A stretch of DNA of 64,000 bases from a virus, in IMG/VR virus record IMGVR_UViG_3300021961_000025; one strand, given 5' to 3'. How positions within the stretch are numbered: the stretch's first letter is position 1; each line of letters begins with the position of its first letter. A model generated the notes under the pieces. The model searched no databases, had not been told where the DNA came from, and saw only the letters and a list, made by a program, of their open reading frames with translations. Made by a program: the position numbers and the translations under genes. Positions 46,255 through 55,833 of the stretch are shown here, piece by piece.

Positions 46255-46462
46255 AGCAGGAAGTTTAGCTAGATATTTTGCAACCATGCTATTAACATTC
46301 GTAGCTGGTGTAATTTGTGGTGGGTTATTGTTAGTAGATGATCATCCGTACGATCGTTGTATGCTAACTTATACTGTACCAGAAGATATTATTGAATGTG
46401 TATGGCTTTTACAAAGTAACACTACTCCAGAAGTTACTGTTGGAAATGCACACAGATGGTAA
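46232..46462 (+). CDS. hypothetical membrane protein
   Basis: Single TM. Confidence 0.45.
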   Translation: MTKHKVVEAGSLARYFATMLLTFVAGVICGGLLLVDDHPYDRCMLTYTVPEDIIECVWLLQSNTTPEVTVGNAHRW

Positions 46463-46470
46463 TGTATACT

Positions 46471-46493
46471 TGCATCAATTTGTAGAGTATACT
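46471..46493 (+). promoter_or_regulatory. putative middle promoter (TGCAT variant) ahead of the nrdA region
   Basis: TGCAT-N12-TATACT. Confidence 0.5.
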
Positions 46494-46514
46494 AACAGAA
46501 ATAAATGAGGAAAC

Positions 46515-46715
46515 ATGCTTAAAAAATTTAGAGATGGCTTAGTCAAATTTTCGGCGAAGATTGCTAGCTATCACGAAAGGTTTTTTACTTACCTTGCTAA
46601 AAGAAGCAAAACAAGTATATGGTTTACATTTTTATTAGTGTTCATGGCATTCTATGAACTTGTAGAGCATTTTATTATACCACTAGCACTATTATGGTTT
46701 GGATTAACTAGATGA
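46515..46715 (+). CDS. hypothetical membrane protein
   Basis: GAGG SD; hydrophobic C-terminus. Confidence 0.5.
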   Translation: MLKKFRDGLVKFSAKIASYHERFFTYLAKRSKTSIWFTFLLVFMAFYELVEHFIIPLALLWFGLTR

Positions 46716-47275
46716 ACGAATGGAAAGATTATACGTATAAAGAGGTTGACGGAAAACCTATTCACATTTTCGACAATCTTTTTACAATGGTTGAGAGAGA
46801 AAAACTATATCAGTTTTGTAAATCTCAATACTTCACTACTCTAGGTAGTGACACAGATCGTCTAGAGTACAAAGGCGATTATAATCTTTACTCAGATATC
46901 TTAACAAATTTAGAAAATAGTGGCTTTCTTTCACTAGAAAATGCTAAATACTTTTTACCACTCTTAAAGGACTATTCAATTATTCAGGCTCGTGTCAATC
47001 TATCAACGATGCACGATAGAAACAGATTTCATTGTGATGCTGCTGGGAGCAATGATGTAAGGACGATATTATATTATCCCAATATGGAATGGAATAAAGA
47101 TTGGGGTGGTTATACTCTTTTTACAAATCAACAGAGTAATGCTTTAGAGTATTGCTCATTTTATATTCCTGGAAGGACGATTATATTCGATGGAACAATC
47201 CCACACTGCATTAGCGCACCAAGTATCACAGCCCCAACGTACAGATTCAGTTTCGTTGTACAATATTACAGATAG
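46712..47275 (+). CDS. 2OG-Fe(II) oxygenase
   Basis: FHCD, LYYPN.EW..DWGG.T.F, FDGTIPH, RFS. Confidence 0.85.
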   Translation: MNEWKDYTYKEVDGKPIHIFDNLFTMVEREKLYQFCKSQYFTTLGSDTDRLEYKGDYNLYSDILTNLENSGFLSLENAKYFLPLLKDYSIIQARVNLSTMHDRNRFHCDAAGSNDVRTILYYPNMEWNKDWGGYTLFTNQQSNALEYCSFYIPGRTIIFDGTIPHCISAPSITAPTYRFSFVVQYYR

Positions 47276-47279
47276 CAAT

Positions 47280-49082
47280 ATGACACAATTAAATTCAATT
47301 CATGGTATTACCATAAACTACAATCGTGATCAGCTTTTTGACCAAGCTGGTTTAACACGTATGAAAGAGTCATATATGCGAGAAGATGAGCAATCTCCGC
47401 AACAACGATTCGCATTCGTTTCTAAAACGTTTTCATCAAATCAAGAACATGCTCAACGTCTTTATGACTACAGTTCTAAACACTGGTTGTCTTACGCAAC
47501 ACCGATCCTATCTTACGGTAGATCTAAACGTGGACTACCTATTTCTTGTTTCCTTAATTACATTGAGGATACTGCTGAGGGATTAGTTGAGAATCTATCA
47601 GAAACTAACTGGTTATCAATGATGGGAGGTGGAGTTGGAATTGGCTTTGGTATTCGTTCTGCCGATGATAAATCTACTGGTGTTATGCCTCATCTTAAAA
47701 TTTACGACGCATCATCACTGGCTTATCGTCAGGGTAGGACTCGTCGTGGTAGTTATGCTGCATATCTTAACATTAGCCATCCTGATATTGTTCCATTCTT
47801 AGAAATGCGTAAACCAACTGGAGATCAAAATCTTCGTTGTTTGAATATGCATCACGGAATTAATATCACGAATGACTTTATGGAAATCATCGAAGAATGT
47901 ATGATTGATCCAACAGCTGATGATAAGTGGGCACTTAAAGATCCACATAGTGGCGTAATTAGAGATTACGTTTCTGCAAAAGAACTATGGCAAAAGATTA
48001 TTGAATTGCGTATGCAAACTGGCGAGCCATATATTCATTACATCGATCATTCAAACGATGCAATGCCAGAACATCTTAAAAAATTAGGATTAAAAGTACA
48101 TCAATCAAATTTATGTTCAGAAATTATTTTACCGACTAACGAAAAGAGAACAGCAGTTTGTTGTTTATCTTCTCTTAATCTAGAATACTTTGACGAATGG
48201 TCACAAGATCCTCAGTTCCTACAAGACGTAGCTGAGATGTTAGATAACGTTCTTCAGTTCTTTATTGACAATGCACCTGATGCTATTTCTCGTGCACGTT
48301 ATTCTGCTGAACGTGAAAGATCTATTGGTATTGGTGCTTTAGGTTTCCATGCTTATTTACAAAAGAATAATGTTCCATGGGAGTCTGCTCCAGCTACTGG
48401 TATTAATCATAAAGTATTTGGACATATTAAAACAGGATTAGATGCAGCAAACTTTGCACTAGGTAAAGCAAGAGGTGAGGCTCCAGATGCAGTAGGCACT
48501 GGTCGTCGTTTTAGTCATATGATGGCTATTGCTCCGAACGCATCCTCTTCTATTCTAATGGGTAATACTTCACCAAGTATTGAGCCATTCCGTGCAAACG
48601 CATATCGTCAAGATACGTTAAGTGGCGCATCAACAAATAAAAACAAATACCTTTCTGAGATTATCAGACAGGAATGTGCAAAGAATCCAAAACTAGACGA
48701 ACAAGAAATCTGGTCTAGCATTATTGCTAACGATGGAAGTGTTCAACATCTAGAATGGATGGATGAGTGGAATAAAGAAGTATTTAAAACAGCGATGGAA
48801 ATCGATCAACGTTGGGTTATTCAACACGCATCAGATCGTCAGAAGTATGTTGACCAAGCACAATCGGTTAATCTATTCTTCCGTCCAGATGCTCATCTTA
48901 CTTATCTTCATGCTTGTCATTTCCAAGCATGGAAACAAAAACTTAAAACTCTTTACTACTGTCGTAGTGAAAAGATTGGTAGAGCCGATCGAGTTAGTAA
49001 ACGTATTGAAAGAGAAATTATCGAAGAGATTGATTTACGTGCACTAGCAGAGGGTGAAGCCTGTATTGCTTGCGAAGGATAA
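47280..49082 (+). CDS. nrdA: ribonucleotide reductase class Ia alpha subunit
   Basis: PISCF, SNLCSEI, AVCCL, IAPNASSS, TLYY, C-terminal CIACEG. Confidence 0.96.
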   Translation: MTQLNSIHGITINYNRDQLFDQAGLTRMKESYMREDEQSPQQRFAFVSKTFSSNQEHAQRLYDYSSKHWLSYATPILSYGRSKRGLPISCFLNYIEDTAEGLVENLSETNWLSMMGGGVGIGFGIRSADDKSTGVMPHLKIYDASSLAYRQGRTRRGSYAAYLNISHPDIVPFLEMRKPTGDQNLRCLNMHHGINITNDFMEIIEECMIDPTADDKWALKDPHSGVIRDYVSAKELWQKIIELRMQTGEPYIHYIDHSNDAMPEHLKKLGLKVHQSNLCSEIILPTNEKRTAVCCLSSLNLEYFDEWSQDPQFLQDVAEMLDNVLQFFIDNAPDAISRARYSAERERSIGIGALGFHAYLQKNNVPWESAPATGINHKVFGHIKTGLDAANFALGKARGEAPDAVGTGRRFSHMMAIAPNASSSILMGNTSPSIEPFRANAYRQDTLSGASTNKNKYLSEIIRQECAKNPKLDEQEIWSSIIANDGSVQHLEWMDEWNKEVFKTAMEIDQRWVIQHASDRQKYVDQAQSVNLFFRPDAHLTYLHACHFQAWKQKLKTLYYCRSEKIGRADRVSKRIEREIIEEIDLRALAEGEACIACEG

Positions 49083-49084
49083 TT

Positions 49085-49288
49085 ATGATTGAATTTATAG
49101 TATGGGTGTGGCTAGGTACTGCGTATGATACACCTCCAGTTAAGGTAGGAATATTTGATAATTGCAAAGAGGGATCAAGAGTAGCACGAGAAATGTATCC
49201 TAATCACGTAGCAATGCATTGTATTCTACCGATATATAATCCTCCAGGAGTGTCTAATCCTGAGGGAGTTGTAGGAGTTAGTCTATGA
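49085..49288 (+). CDS. hypothetical protein
   Basis: ORF track; AGGA SD. Confidence 0.45.
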   Translation: MIEFIVWVWLGTAYDTPPVKVGIFDNCKEGSRVAREMYPNHVAMHCILPIYNPPGVSNPEGVVGVSL

Positions 49289-49677
49289 TTAAAAAAATAG
49301 TATTGCTATGTAGTATTGTATTAATTACAGGGTGTAGCACTCTGAATAGTCTTTTGCCATCTCCATGGGATGACAATGAGATGATGTATATTGCTACGTT
49401 ACAATATGAAGTTCGAAAGATTCAATGTGAGGGTGATAAATCTCACGAGACTATCGAACAAGTATGGGCAACCAAAGAAAAGTTATGGTGGTACGCACAA
49501 GCAGCAAGACATGCTGATGTTGTGAACTTAATTGAGCCATATCACCAATCAATGGTAGGACTTTATGAACAGTCAAAAGCAGGGAAACTTCGTAAACCTT
49601 ATTGTGTGAATAAAGTTACTATATTAACAACACAAACTGATATGATCGCTGAGGCTCTTGCGTCAAGAAATAGATAA
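49285..49677 (+). CDS. hypothetical lipoprotein
   Basis: Signal with ITGC lipobox. Confidence 0.6.
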   Translation: MIKKIVLLCSIVLITGCSTLNSLLPSPWDDNEMMYIATLQYEVRKIQCEGDKSHETIEQVWATKEKLWWYAQAARHADVVNLIEPYHQSMVGLYEQSKAGKLRKPYCVNKVTILTTQTDMIAEALASRNR

Positions 49678-49720
49678 TATGTTAGACGGAGAATATGGAA
49701 GTTATTATGGAGAAAAGAAA

Positions 49721-49969
49721 ATGAACAAAGTAAAAGTATACAGTACACAACATTGCAGTTATTGCGTACAAGCAAAGAACTACTTGCAATCTAATGGCAT
49801 TGACTATGAATCAGTAATGATTGATGAGAATATTGATGCTGCAAAATTAATGATGTCTAAAGGACTACGTACTGTTCCACAAATCTTTATTGGAGAGGAA
49901 CATATCGGTGGTTATGATAAACTAAGACTCCTAAGTAAAGATGACTTACAAGCTAAAATAGGAGTATAA
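49721..49969 (+). CDS. nrdC: glutaredoxin
   Basis: CSYC, RTVPQIF, IGGY. Confidence 0.92.
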   Translation: MNKVKVYSTQHCSYCVQAKNYLQSNGIDYESVMIDENIDAAKLMMSKGLRTVPQIFIGEEHIGGYDKLRLLSKDDLQAKIGV

Positions 49970-49970
49970 T

Positions 49971-50219
49971 ATGTCCATGTTTATAACAAAAGAACTTGGT
50001 AAAATGGCAGATACGTCTGAAGATGCTTGGATTGCAGAACGAGCAAAACTGGCATTAAAGTTTAAAGAAGAACTTGATAATGGTATTTTAAACGAGTGGG
50101 AATTTAAAGACTTAATGGAAGATCTTATTCGTACCGACCAAATCAAAGACTCTGCTGATAAAATGAAGTTAAAAGCAAATATAGAAAAATTAATTACGTT
50201 GGCGATGAATGCTATTTAA
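49971..50219 (+). CDS. hypothetical protein
   Basis: GGAG SD. Confidence 0.5.
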   Translation: MSMFITKELGKMADTSEDAWIAERAKLALKFKEELDNGILNEWEFKDLMEDLIRTDQIKDSADKMKLKANIEKLITLAMNAI

Positions 50220-50907
50220 TGTTAGATCAGTACCATCATTTTTAAGTGATGAAGAAGTTATAGAAGTTAGAAAAAAGGTTCATTACTTAAAACCTTTTTG
50301 GCGACACATTAAAGATTTTCCTATTGCGAAGTCTGCGATGTTATTAGCCAAACAAGATCCGAATTTATATAAGAGTGCAGAGAATCAACACTTTCTTGGT
50401 GATTCTTTGTATGTGATTGAGAAACTCGAAGAAATCAACTGGGAGATACAACAGAGTATCAACTACCATTTCTCGCCATTGTATGATAAACTACAAACTA
50501 CTATCGGCGAGATTACAGGTATACCAGCTGAATATATTTCGAGTATGGCTGTTCCAGGATTCCATGTGTTTCATGGACAGCAAAGACCACATCCTTTTGA
50601 ATGGCATATTGATACAACGATATGCAGATTTGATAGGAAGTATAAACCAGAAAATGTCTACTCGTTTTTGTGTTTGATTGAATCCCCAGAAGATCCAGCT
50701 GGACTTGAGTACAAGGACACTACGGATTGGGACAGTCATGAAGATCTAGAAACGAAGATATTTACCTATGACTTAGGAACACTCTTTATGTGGAAAGGAG
50801 ATCGTATTCATCGTATGAAACGATTTGCCATGAAAGAGGGCGAAAGCAGAATAACACTACAAGGACATTTTGTAGTGCACGATGGGAAGGCATTGATACA
50901 CTGGTAG
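50209..50907 (+). CDS. 2OG-Fe(II)-like oxygenase (paralog A)
   Basis: PGFHVF, WHID, IHRM, RITLQGH. Confidence 0.65.
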   Translation: MLFNVRSVPSFLSDEEVIEVRKKVHYLKPFWRHIKDFPIAKSAMLLAKQDPNLYKSAENQHFLGDSLYVIEKLEEINWEIQQSINYHFSPLYDKLQTTIGEITGIPAEYISSMAVPGFHVFHGQQRPHPFEWHIDTTICRFDRKYKPENVYSFLCLIESPEDPAGLEYKDTTDWDSHEDLETKIFTYDLGTLFMWKGDRIHRMKRFAMKEGESRITLQGHFVVHDGKALIHW

Positions 50908-50917
50908 AAAGGAACGC

Positions 50918-51079
50918 ATGTCTGCGCAAGCAGGATGGGGACTATTCTTTTTAGGTATTATGTTATATCCTTTAATAATGTATGGGATATTTGTTTTTGA
51001 ACGACATGTTGAAGAAGATAAAAAAAGAAAAGAAGAATGGAAGAAAAACCCACTCTACGACTTTTATAATCGAGATTAA
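50918..51079 (+). CDS. small membrane protein (not in ORF track)
   Basis: MSAQAGWGLFFLGIMLYPLIMYGIFVFERH...; AAGGA SD. Confidence 0.5.
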   Translation: MSAQAGWGLFFLGIMLYPLIMYGIFVFERHVEEDKKRKEEWKKNPLYDFYNRD

Positions 51080-51082
51080 ATT

Positions 51083-51271
51083 ATGATAAGATGGTTGTTA
51101 TGGCAAATACCAAGATACAGAGGTTTACATTACGTAATCTATTTGTATCTTGGTATAATTGTTATCCCTGCAGTTTTTGGTGTACAATATACACCAGCTA
51201 GTTTATTAACACAGTTTTTAATGTTAGATTTTTTCTACTATATAATGGCAAGAAAACAGATCGGTAAATAG
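51083..51271 (+). CDS. small membrane protein
   Basis: Two hydrophobic segments. Confidence 0.45.
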   Translation: MIRWLLWQIPRYRGLHYVIYLYLGIIVIPAVFGVQYTPASLLTQFLMLDFFYYIMARKQIGK

Positions 51272-51272
51272 A

Positions 51273-51953
51273 ATGAAGAAGTTTGCTTTTGACGAAATAT
51301 ATAATTTCTTTACTAAAGAACAAAGACAAGAAATTTTAAGTAAAGTAATTGGTCTTAATCAACATTGGAGAAAGTTGCACGATTATCCAGTGTATAATGA
51401 TCCAAGTGAAGATCCAGATCCATGTTCTAAGAATCAGTATTTATTGGGTGATAGTATTTACCCTATTAAAAGTGTTGAAGAAATCAATCAAGACACTCAA
51501 AGAATTTTAAAATCAGAGTTTGGTGATTTAATATATAATCGCTTACTCAACGAAATACCGAAGCACTTTGGTTTAGATATCAAAGGTGCTTCATTTTATG
51601 ATGACTTGCCAATTCCTGGATTCCATATATTTTCTGGAGTTCAAGATGAAAGCGATCCATTTCCATATCATACAGATGTAAGTCTTGCGTTATGGAAAAA
51701 GGATATCTACCAAAATAGAATCTACTCATTTTTAAGTCCAATCATTTTGCCACCACAAGGTGGTCATTTAGAATGGAAACAACCCTCTGGTAAAGAGAGT
51801 AAGATAATCTATCATTATGGTTCTCTGCACTTTTGGGCAGGATTGGTGCCACATAGAATAGGTAGTCACGCATTGAAACAGGGAGAGATGCGTATCACAC
51901 TACAAGGACATTTGTATATCGACCCTGATAAAAACATAAAAATTTATTTTTAA
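51273..51953 (+). CDS. 2OG-Fe(II)-like oxygenase (paralog B)
   Basis: PGFHIF, YHTD, PHRI, RITLQGH; aligns by eye with 50209..50907. Confidence 0.65.
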   Translation: MKKFAFDEIYNFFTKEQRQEILSKVIGLNQHWRKLHDYPVYNDPSEDPDPCSKNQYLLGDSIYPIKSVEEINQDTQRILKSEFGDLIYNRLLNEIPKHFGLDIKGASFYDDLPIPGFHIFSGVQDESDPFPYHTDVSLALWKKDIYQNRIYSFLSPIILPPQGGHLEWKQPSGKESKIIYHYGSLHFWAGLVPHRIGSHALKQGEMRITLQGHLYIDPDKNIKIYF

Positions 51954-51966
51954 CGAAGGAAAAAAG

Positions 51967-52992
51967 ATGGTAAAGGGCAAGCAACACTTAAATTTACAAG
52001 AAGAACGTAGTTATTTTAAACCATTTAACTACCCATGGGCATACGAAGCATGGTTAAAGCATGAACAAAGTCATTGGTTACACACTGAAGTGCCTATGCT
52101 TGAAGATGTAAAAGATTGGAAGACTAAACTAAATCCATCTCAAAAACATTTTTTAACAAACATCTTTCGTTTCTTTACACAAGGCGACATTGATGTCGCT
52201 GGTGGTTATGTAATGAATTATCTTCCTTACTTTCCACAACCAGAAATTCGTATGATGCTTTGTGGTTTTGCTGCACGTGAAGCATTACACATTGCTGCAT
52301 ATTCACATCTAATTGAAACACTAGGTATGCCAGAGTCAACTTACTCTGAGTTCCTAGAATACAAAGAGATGGCAGACAAGCATAGTTATTTTATGGACTT
52401 GTCTATGAAGAATGGAACAAAGCAATCTATTGCTACTAACATTGCTGCATTCTCTGCATTTACAGAGGGTATGCAATTGTTTAGTTCGTTCATTATGCTA
52501 TTAAATTTCCCACGCCATGGACTTATGAAAGGTATGGGACAAATCGTCACTTGGTCTATTGTTGATGAAACTCAACATGCTGAGAATATGATTAAACTAT
52601 TCAGAACTTATGTTGAAGAAAACAAAGAGATCTGGAATGACGAGACTAAAGAAAAAATCTATTCTATCGCTGAAAAGATGGTAGAACTAGAAGATAAGTT
52701 TATCGACTTATCATTCTCAATGGGTGAGATGGTTAATCTTACCTCAGAAGACGTTAAGAAATATATTCGTTATATTGCTGATCGTCGTCTAATCTCTCTT
52801 GGACTAAAAGGTATCTTTAAAGTTAAGAAGAATCCACTTCCATGGGTAGAAGAAATGATCAATGCTCCAACGCATGGTAACTTCTTTGAGAACCGAGTAA
52901 CTGATTATGCCAAAGGTGCATTAAAAGGATCTTGGGGTGATATTTGGGCAGTGGATCTTTCTGAGAAAGAACCAGCTGTCGTAAATGGCTGA
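51967..52992 (+). CDS. nrdB: ribonucleotide reductase class Ia beta subunit
   Basis: FFTQGDIDV, REALH..AY, EGMQLFSSF, DETQH, NFFE. Confidence 0.96.
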   Translation: MVKGKQHLNLQEERSYFKPFNYPWAYEAWLKHEQSHWLHTEVPMLEDVKDWKTKLNPSQKHFLTNIFRFFTQGDIDVAGGYVMNYLPYFPQPEIRMMLCGFAAREALHIAAYSHLIETLGMPESTYSEFLEYKEMADKHSYFMDLSMKNGTKQSIATNIAAFSAFTEGMQLFSSFIMLLNFPRHGLMKGMGQIVTWSIVDETQHAENMIKLFRTYVEENKEIWNDETKEKIYSIAEKMVELEDKFIDLSFSMGEMVNLTSEDVKKYIRYIADRRLISLGLKGIFKVKKNPLPWVEEMINAPTHGNFFENRVTDYAKGALKGSWGDIWAVDLSEKEPAVVNG

Positions 52993-53278
52993 GTATAGAG
53001 AAGTAAAGGCAGTTAGTGATTTTGCCGAGTTGATTGAGGAGAAAAACCCAATCGACTTCGGTATGTTACGAATACCTGAAAAAGATGTATTCGACTTTTG
53101 TGCTAACTGCGTTATCGATCACTTTGTGAATGTTCATCAACGATATATACACGAGCACGAGATGCAAATGCTTGCACAAGTAACTTATAATATGGTAGAG
53201 GCATTTGTGTTAAACTTACAGCAAAATGCTAAAATTATTGCTGTTATAAAAGGAAAGAATAAAGGGAATGAAGAGTAA
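52985..53278 (+). CDS. hypothetical protein
   Basis: ORF track. Confidence 0.5.
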   Translation: MAEYREVKAVSDFAELIEEKNPIDFGMLRIPEKDVFDFCANCVIDHFVNVHQRYIHEHEMQMLAQVTYNMVEAFVLNLQQNAKIIAVIKGKNKGNEE

Positions 53279-53432
53279 AGACTTCGAATGTAATAACTGT
53301 GGGGCAGAAGGATTAATTAAGTTCGTAGATGATGGTGAGCACTTAGCATCGGATATAGCTTATTGTCCATTCTGCGGACACGACATTCATAAATCTGACG
53401 ACGACGATCTCGACTGGTCAAAAGAGGACTAA
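53268..53432 (+). CDS. small zinc-ribbon protein (not in ORF track)
   Basis: MKSKDFECNNCGAE...YCPFCGHD...acidic tail. Confidence 0.7.
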   Translation: MKSKDFECNNCGAEGLIKFVDDGEHLASDIAYCPFCGHDIHKSDDDDLDWSKED

Positions 53433-53442
53433 ATAGTAGACT

Positions 53443-53856
53443 ATGTGGATATACGGAGACAAAGTCTTCGAGGATCCTTCTGGTTATTATGGATTTGTTT
53501 ATGAGATAACGTGCACTGAAACCAATAAAAGGTATATTGGTAGGAAATATTTCTCCAAAGCTAAAACTTTGGCTCCATTAAAAGGCAAAAAGAATAAACG
53601 TCGGAGTCGTGTTGATAGTGACTGGATCGAATATTACGGATCATCGAAATCATTATTAGAGGATGTAGAAAAATACGGAAAAGACAAGTTCGTCCGTAGG
53701 ATTCTGCGTCTTTGCAAAACACGTGGAGAAACTAATTACTGGGAAGCAAAACTCCAGTTCTACCACGATGTATTAAATGCAAAAAACGAATTAGGTGAAA
53801 CTCTCTATTACAACGAGAACATAATGATGAAATTTACAAGGAAGAATATCGGATGA
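53443..53856 (+). CDS. GIY-YIG (Seg-like) endonuclease
   Basis: GFVYEIT...RYIGRK, YYGSS, F.R.IL, E, YYNENI. Confidence 0.8.
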   Translation: MWIYGDKVFEDPSGYYGFVYEITCTETNKRYIGRKYFSKAKTLAPLKGKKNKRRSRVDSDWIEYYGSSKSLLEDVEKYGKDKFVRRILRLCKTRGETNYWEAKLQFYHDVLNAKNELGETLYYNENIMMKFTRKNIG

Positions 53857-54863
53857 CATTACTACTATTAACAATTGCTATATTTTTATCAGCGATTGCT
53901 GCATTTTATGCAGTGTCAGGTTTAGTTGCTATTTTTAGTGCAGCAGCAATCCCTATCGCAATTATGGGTGGTGGTCTTGAAGTCGCAAAATTGGTTGTTG
54001 CGTCTTGGCTTTATAGAAGATGGAAAGACGTTAATTTTTTAATGAAGACATACTTCGCAGTAGCACTGATTGTGCTAATGCTATTAACAAGTATGGGTAT
54101 CTTTGGTTTCTTATCAAAGGCACATATCGAGCAAAGAGGTGTCAGTGGTACTACTGATTTGCAAGTTGTTCAAATTGATAATAACATTGCAAGAGAACAA
54201 AAGAAAATTAAAGATGCTGAGTTAGTTATATCTCAGTTAGACAAAACAGTACAAATTCTATTAGATAACGATCGTGTTCGTGGAAACAGTGGTGCTGTCG
54301 CTACTCGTCAGAATCAAAAAGAAGAACGTGATAGTCTACAGGCTATTATCGATTCAGCTACCAATAAGATCGTAGAATTAGAAAACACAAAGCAACCTCT
54401 ATTACAATCACAATTAGCACAGGAACTAGAGATCGGTCCACTTAAATACGTGGCTGAATTAATCTATGGTGATGATGCTAAATCACACTTCGACGAGGCA
54501 GTTCGTTGGGTAATTATTGCAATTATTTTTGTATTTGACCCACTAGCTGTTATGCTTTTAATCGCATGGAATAAGGAAATGGGAATGCGTGTAACACCTA
54601 TCGCTCCAGTAACACCTACACATAATCCACCGAAAAGAAGAGAGCCAGAGGTTAAAAAACCTGAGCCCAAAAAGGAAGAAGTCCTAAATACTAGTGAACC
54701 TGTAAAGGAAACATGGGATTCGTTCTTTACTGAGTCAGTTGAAAACATGCCTTGGCATGATAAGGAATCCGAAGAAGCAAAGAAAAGACGAGAGTCGGAC
54801 ATCTATAATAAGATTTCAAGACCGACAGATTCTCGTCCAAATAAATTTCAAGACAGAGAGTGA
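53853..54863 (+). CDS. multi-TM membrane protein with periplasmic coiled coil
   Basis: LEVAKLV, TSMGIFGFLSKAH, EIGPLKYVAE, FDPLAV. Confidence 0.7.
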   Translation: MTLLLLTIAIFLSAIAAFYAVSGLVAIFSAAAIPIAIMGGGLEVAKLVVASWLYRRWKDVNFLMKTYFAVALIVLMLLTSMGIFGFLSKAHIEQRGVSGTTDLQVVQIDNNIAREQKKIKDAELVISQLDKTVQILLDNDRVRGNSGAVATRQNQKEERDSLQAIIDSATNKIVELENTKQPLLQSQLAQELEIGPLKYVAELIYGDDAKSHFDEAVRWVIIAIIFVFDPLAVMLLIAWNKEMGMRVTPIAPVTPTHNPPKRREPEVKKPEPKKEEVLNTSEPVKETWDSFFTESVENMPWHDKESEEAKKRRESDIYNKISRPTDSRPNKFQDRE

Positions 54864-54926
54864 TTTGAACGTCACCCAATATAATTAGAACTTAGTTCTC
54901 TGCCATGGTCAGACAAGAGGCAGAAA

Positions 54927-55247
54927 ATGAACGCAAAAAAACTACAAATAGACTCTGAATACGCAGAGTACGACATTGATGGCGATGGGACTGTAACCGA
55001 TTCCGAATTAGCACGGATTAAGGAAATCAAGTCTCAAGAGATGGCAGAACGTAAGCAAGCATCTCAAAGAAAAATGGCATGGACTTCTTTATGGTCTATG
55101 GCAATCTTTACTGTTATTTTATTTTCCCCTTTAGTTTCTGACACTCGAGTATCAGCACTTGCTGATTTACTCGGACTATTCTACATTGCGCAAGCAGGTG
55201 TGGTTGGTGCATATATGGGCATGACAGCTTATATGTCAAGAAAATAA
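54927..55247 (+). CDS. EF-hand-like plus 2 TM protein (holin-like?)
   Basis: DIDGDGTVTDSE loop; two TM helices. Confidence 0.5.
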   Translation: MNAKKLQIDSEYAEYDIDGDGTVTDSELARIKEIKSQEMAERKQASQRKMAWTSLWSMAIFTVILFSPLVSDTRVSALADLLGLFYIAQAGVVGAYMGMTAYMSRK

Positions 55248-55266
55248 TTAAATAAAGGGAAGTAAA

Positions 55267-55833
55267 ATGTCGTTTAAAGAATTAGTTATCGTCATGCTTG
55301 TCTGTACAGGATTAATGTATGGAATCTCTGCAAACAAAGCACATGCAGAAACTAATACAGTTACGTCTACGGTAACAGGTACAACGACAGTAGATAAAAC
55401 TCCCTCCACTGCTAACGCTCCAAGTGTTATAATCAATAATCAAGATGTCTGCTCGACTGGTGTCGGTGCAGCAGTACAAACTCAAATCTTGGGTATTGCT
55501 GGTGGAACAACAATAAGAGATTTAAACTGCGAACGATTAAAACTATCTCGTGCTCTATACGGTATGGGAATGAAAGTCGGTGCAGTTGCTTTATTATGCC
55601 AAGACGCAAGAGTCTTCCAAGCAATGGAAATGGCTGGCACTCCTTGTCCATATATGGGTAAAATTGGTATTGAAGCAGCAAAAGCATGGGCTGAAAATCC
55701 AGAGAAACGTCCTGACTACGATAAGTGGTTAAAGGAAAACGATTTAGTGGATAAAGAAAAGGAATTGAACAATGAGATTAAAACCATTGGTGTTGGCTTG
55801 GGTGCTCTTTCTCTCTTGCTTTTCTTACTCTAG
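55267..55833 (+). CDS. conserved secreted Cys-containing phage protein with C-terminal TM
   Basis: Signal peptide; D.C..G...AVQTQ..G...D.NCERLKL...LLCQD.RV..AM..AGTPCP. Confidence 0.65.
   Translation: MSFKELVIVMLVCTGLMYGISANKAHAETNTVTSTVTGTTTVDKTPSTANAPSVIINNQDVCSTGVGAAVQTQILGIAGGTTIRDLNCERLKLSRALYGMGMKVGAVALLCQDARVFQAMEMAGTPCPYMGKIGIEAAKAWAENPEKRPDYDKWLKENDLVDKEKELNNEIKTIGVGLGALSLLLFLL

Noticed and set aside
18321-52992. Introns or inteins in 43, uvsX, 41, thyX, nrdA, nrdB
   Set aside because: All are continuous ORFs of ordinary length with no visible splice motifs
53443-53856. GIY-YIG gene as an active mobile homing element
   Set aside because: Short, catalytic domain only, free-standing with a late promoter; mobility cannot be supported from the sequence
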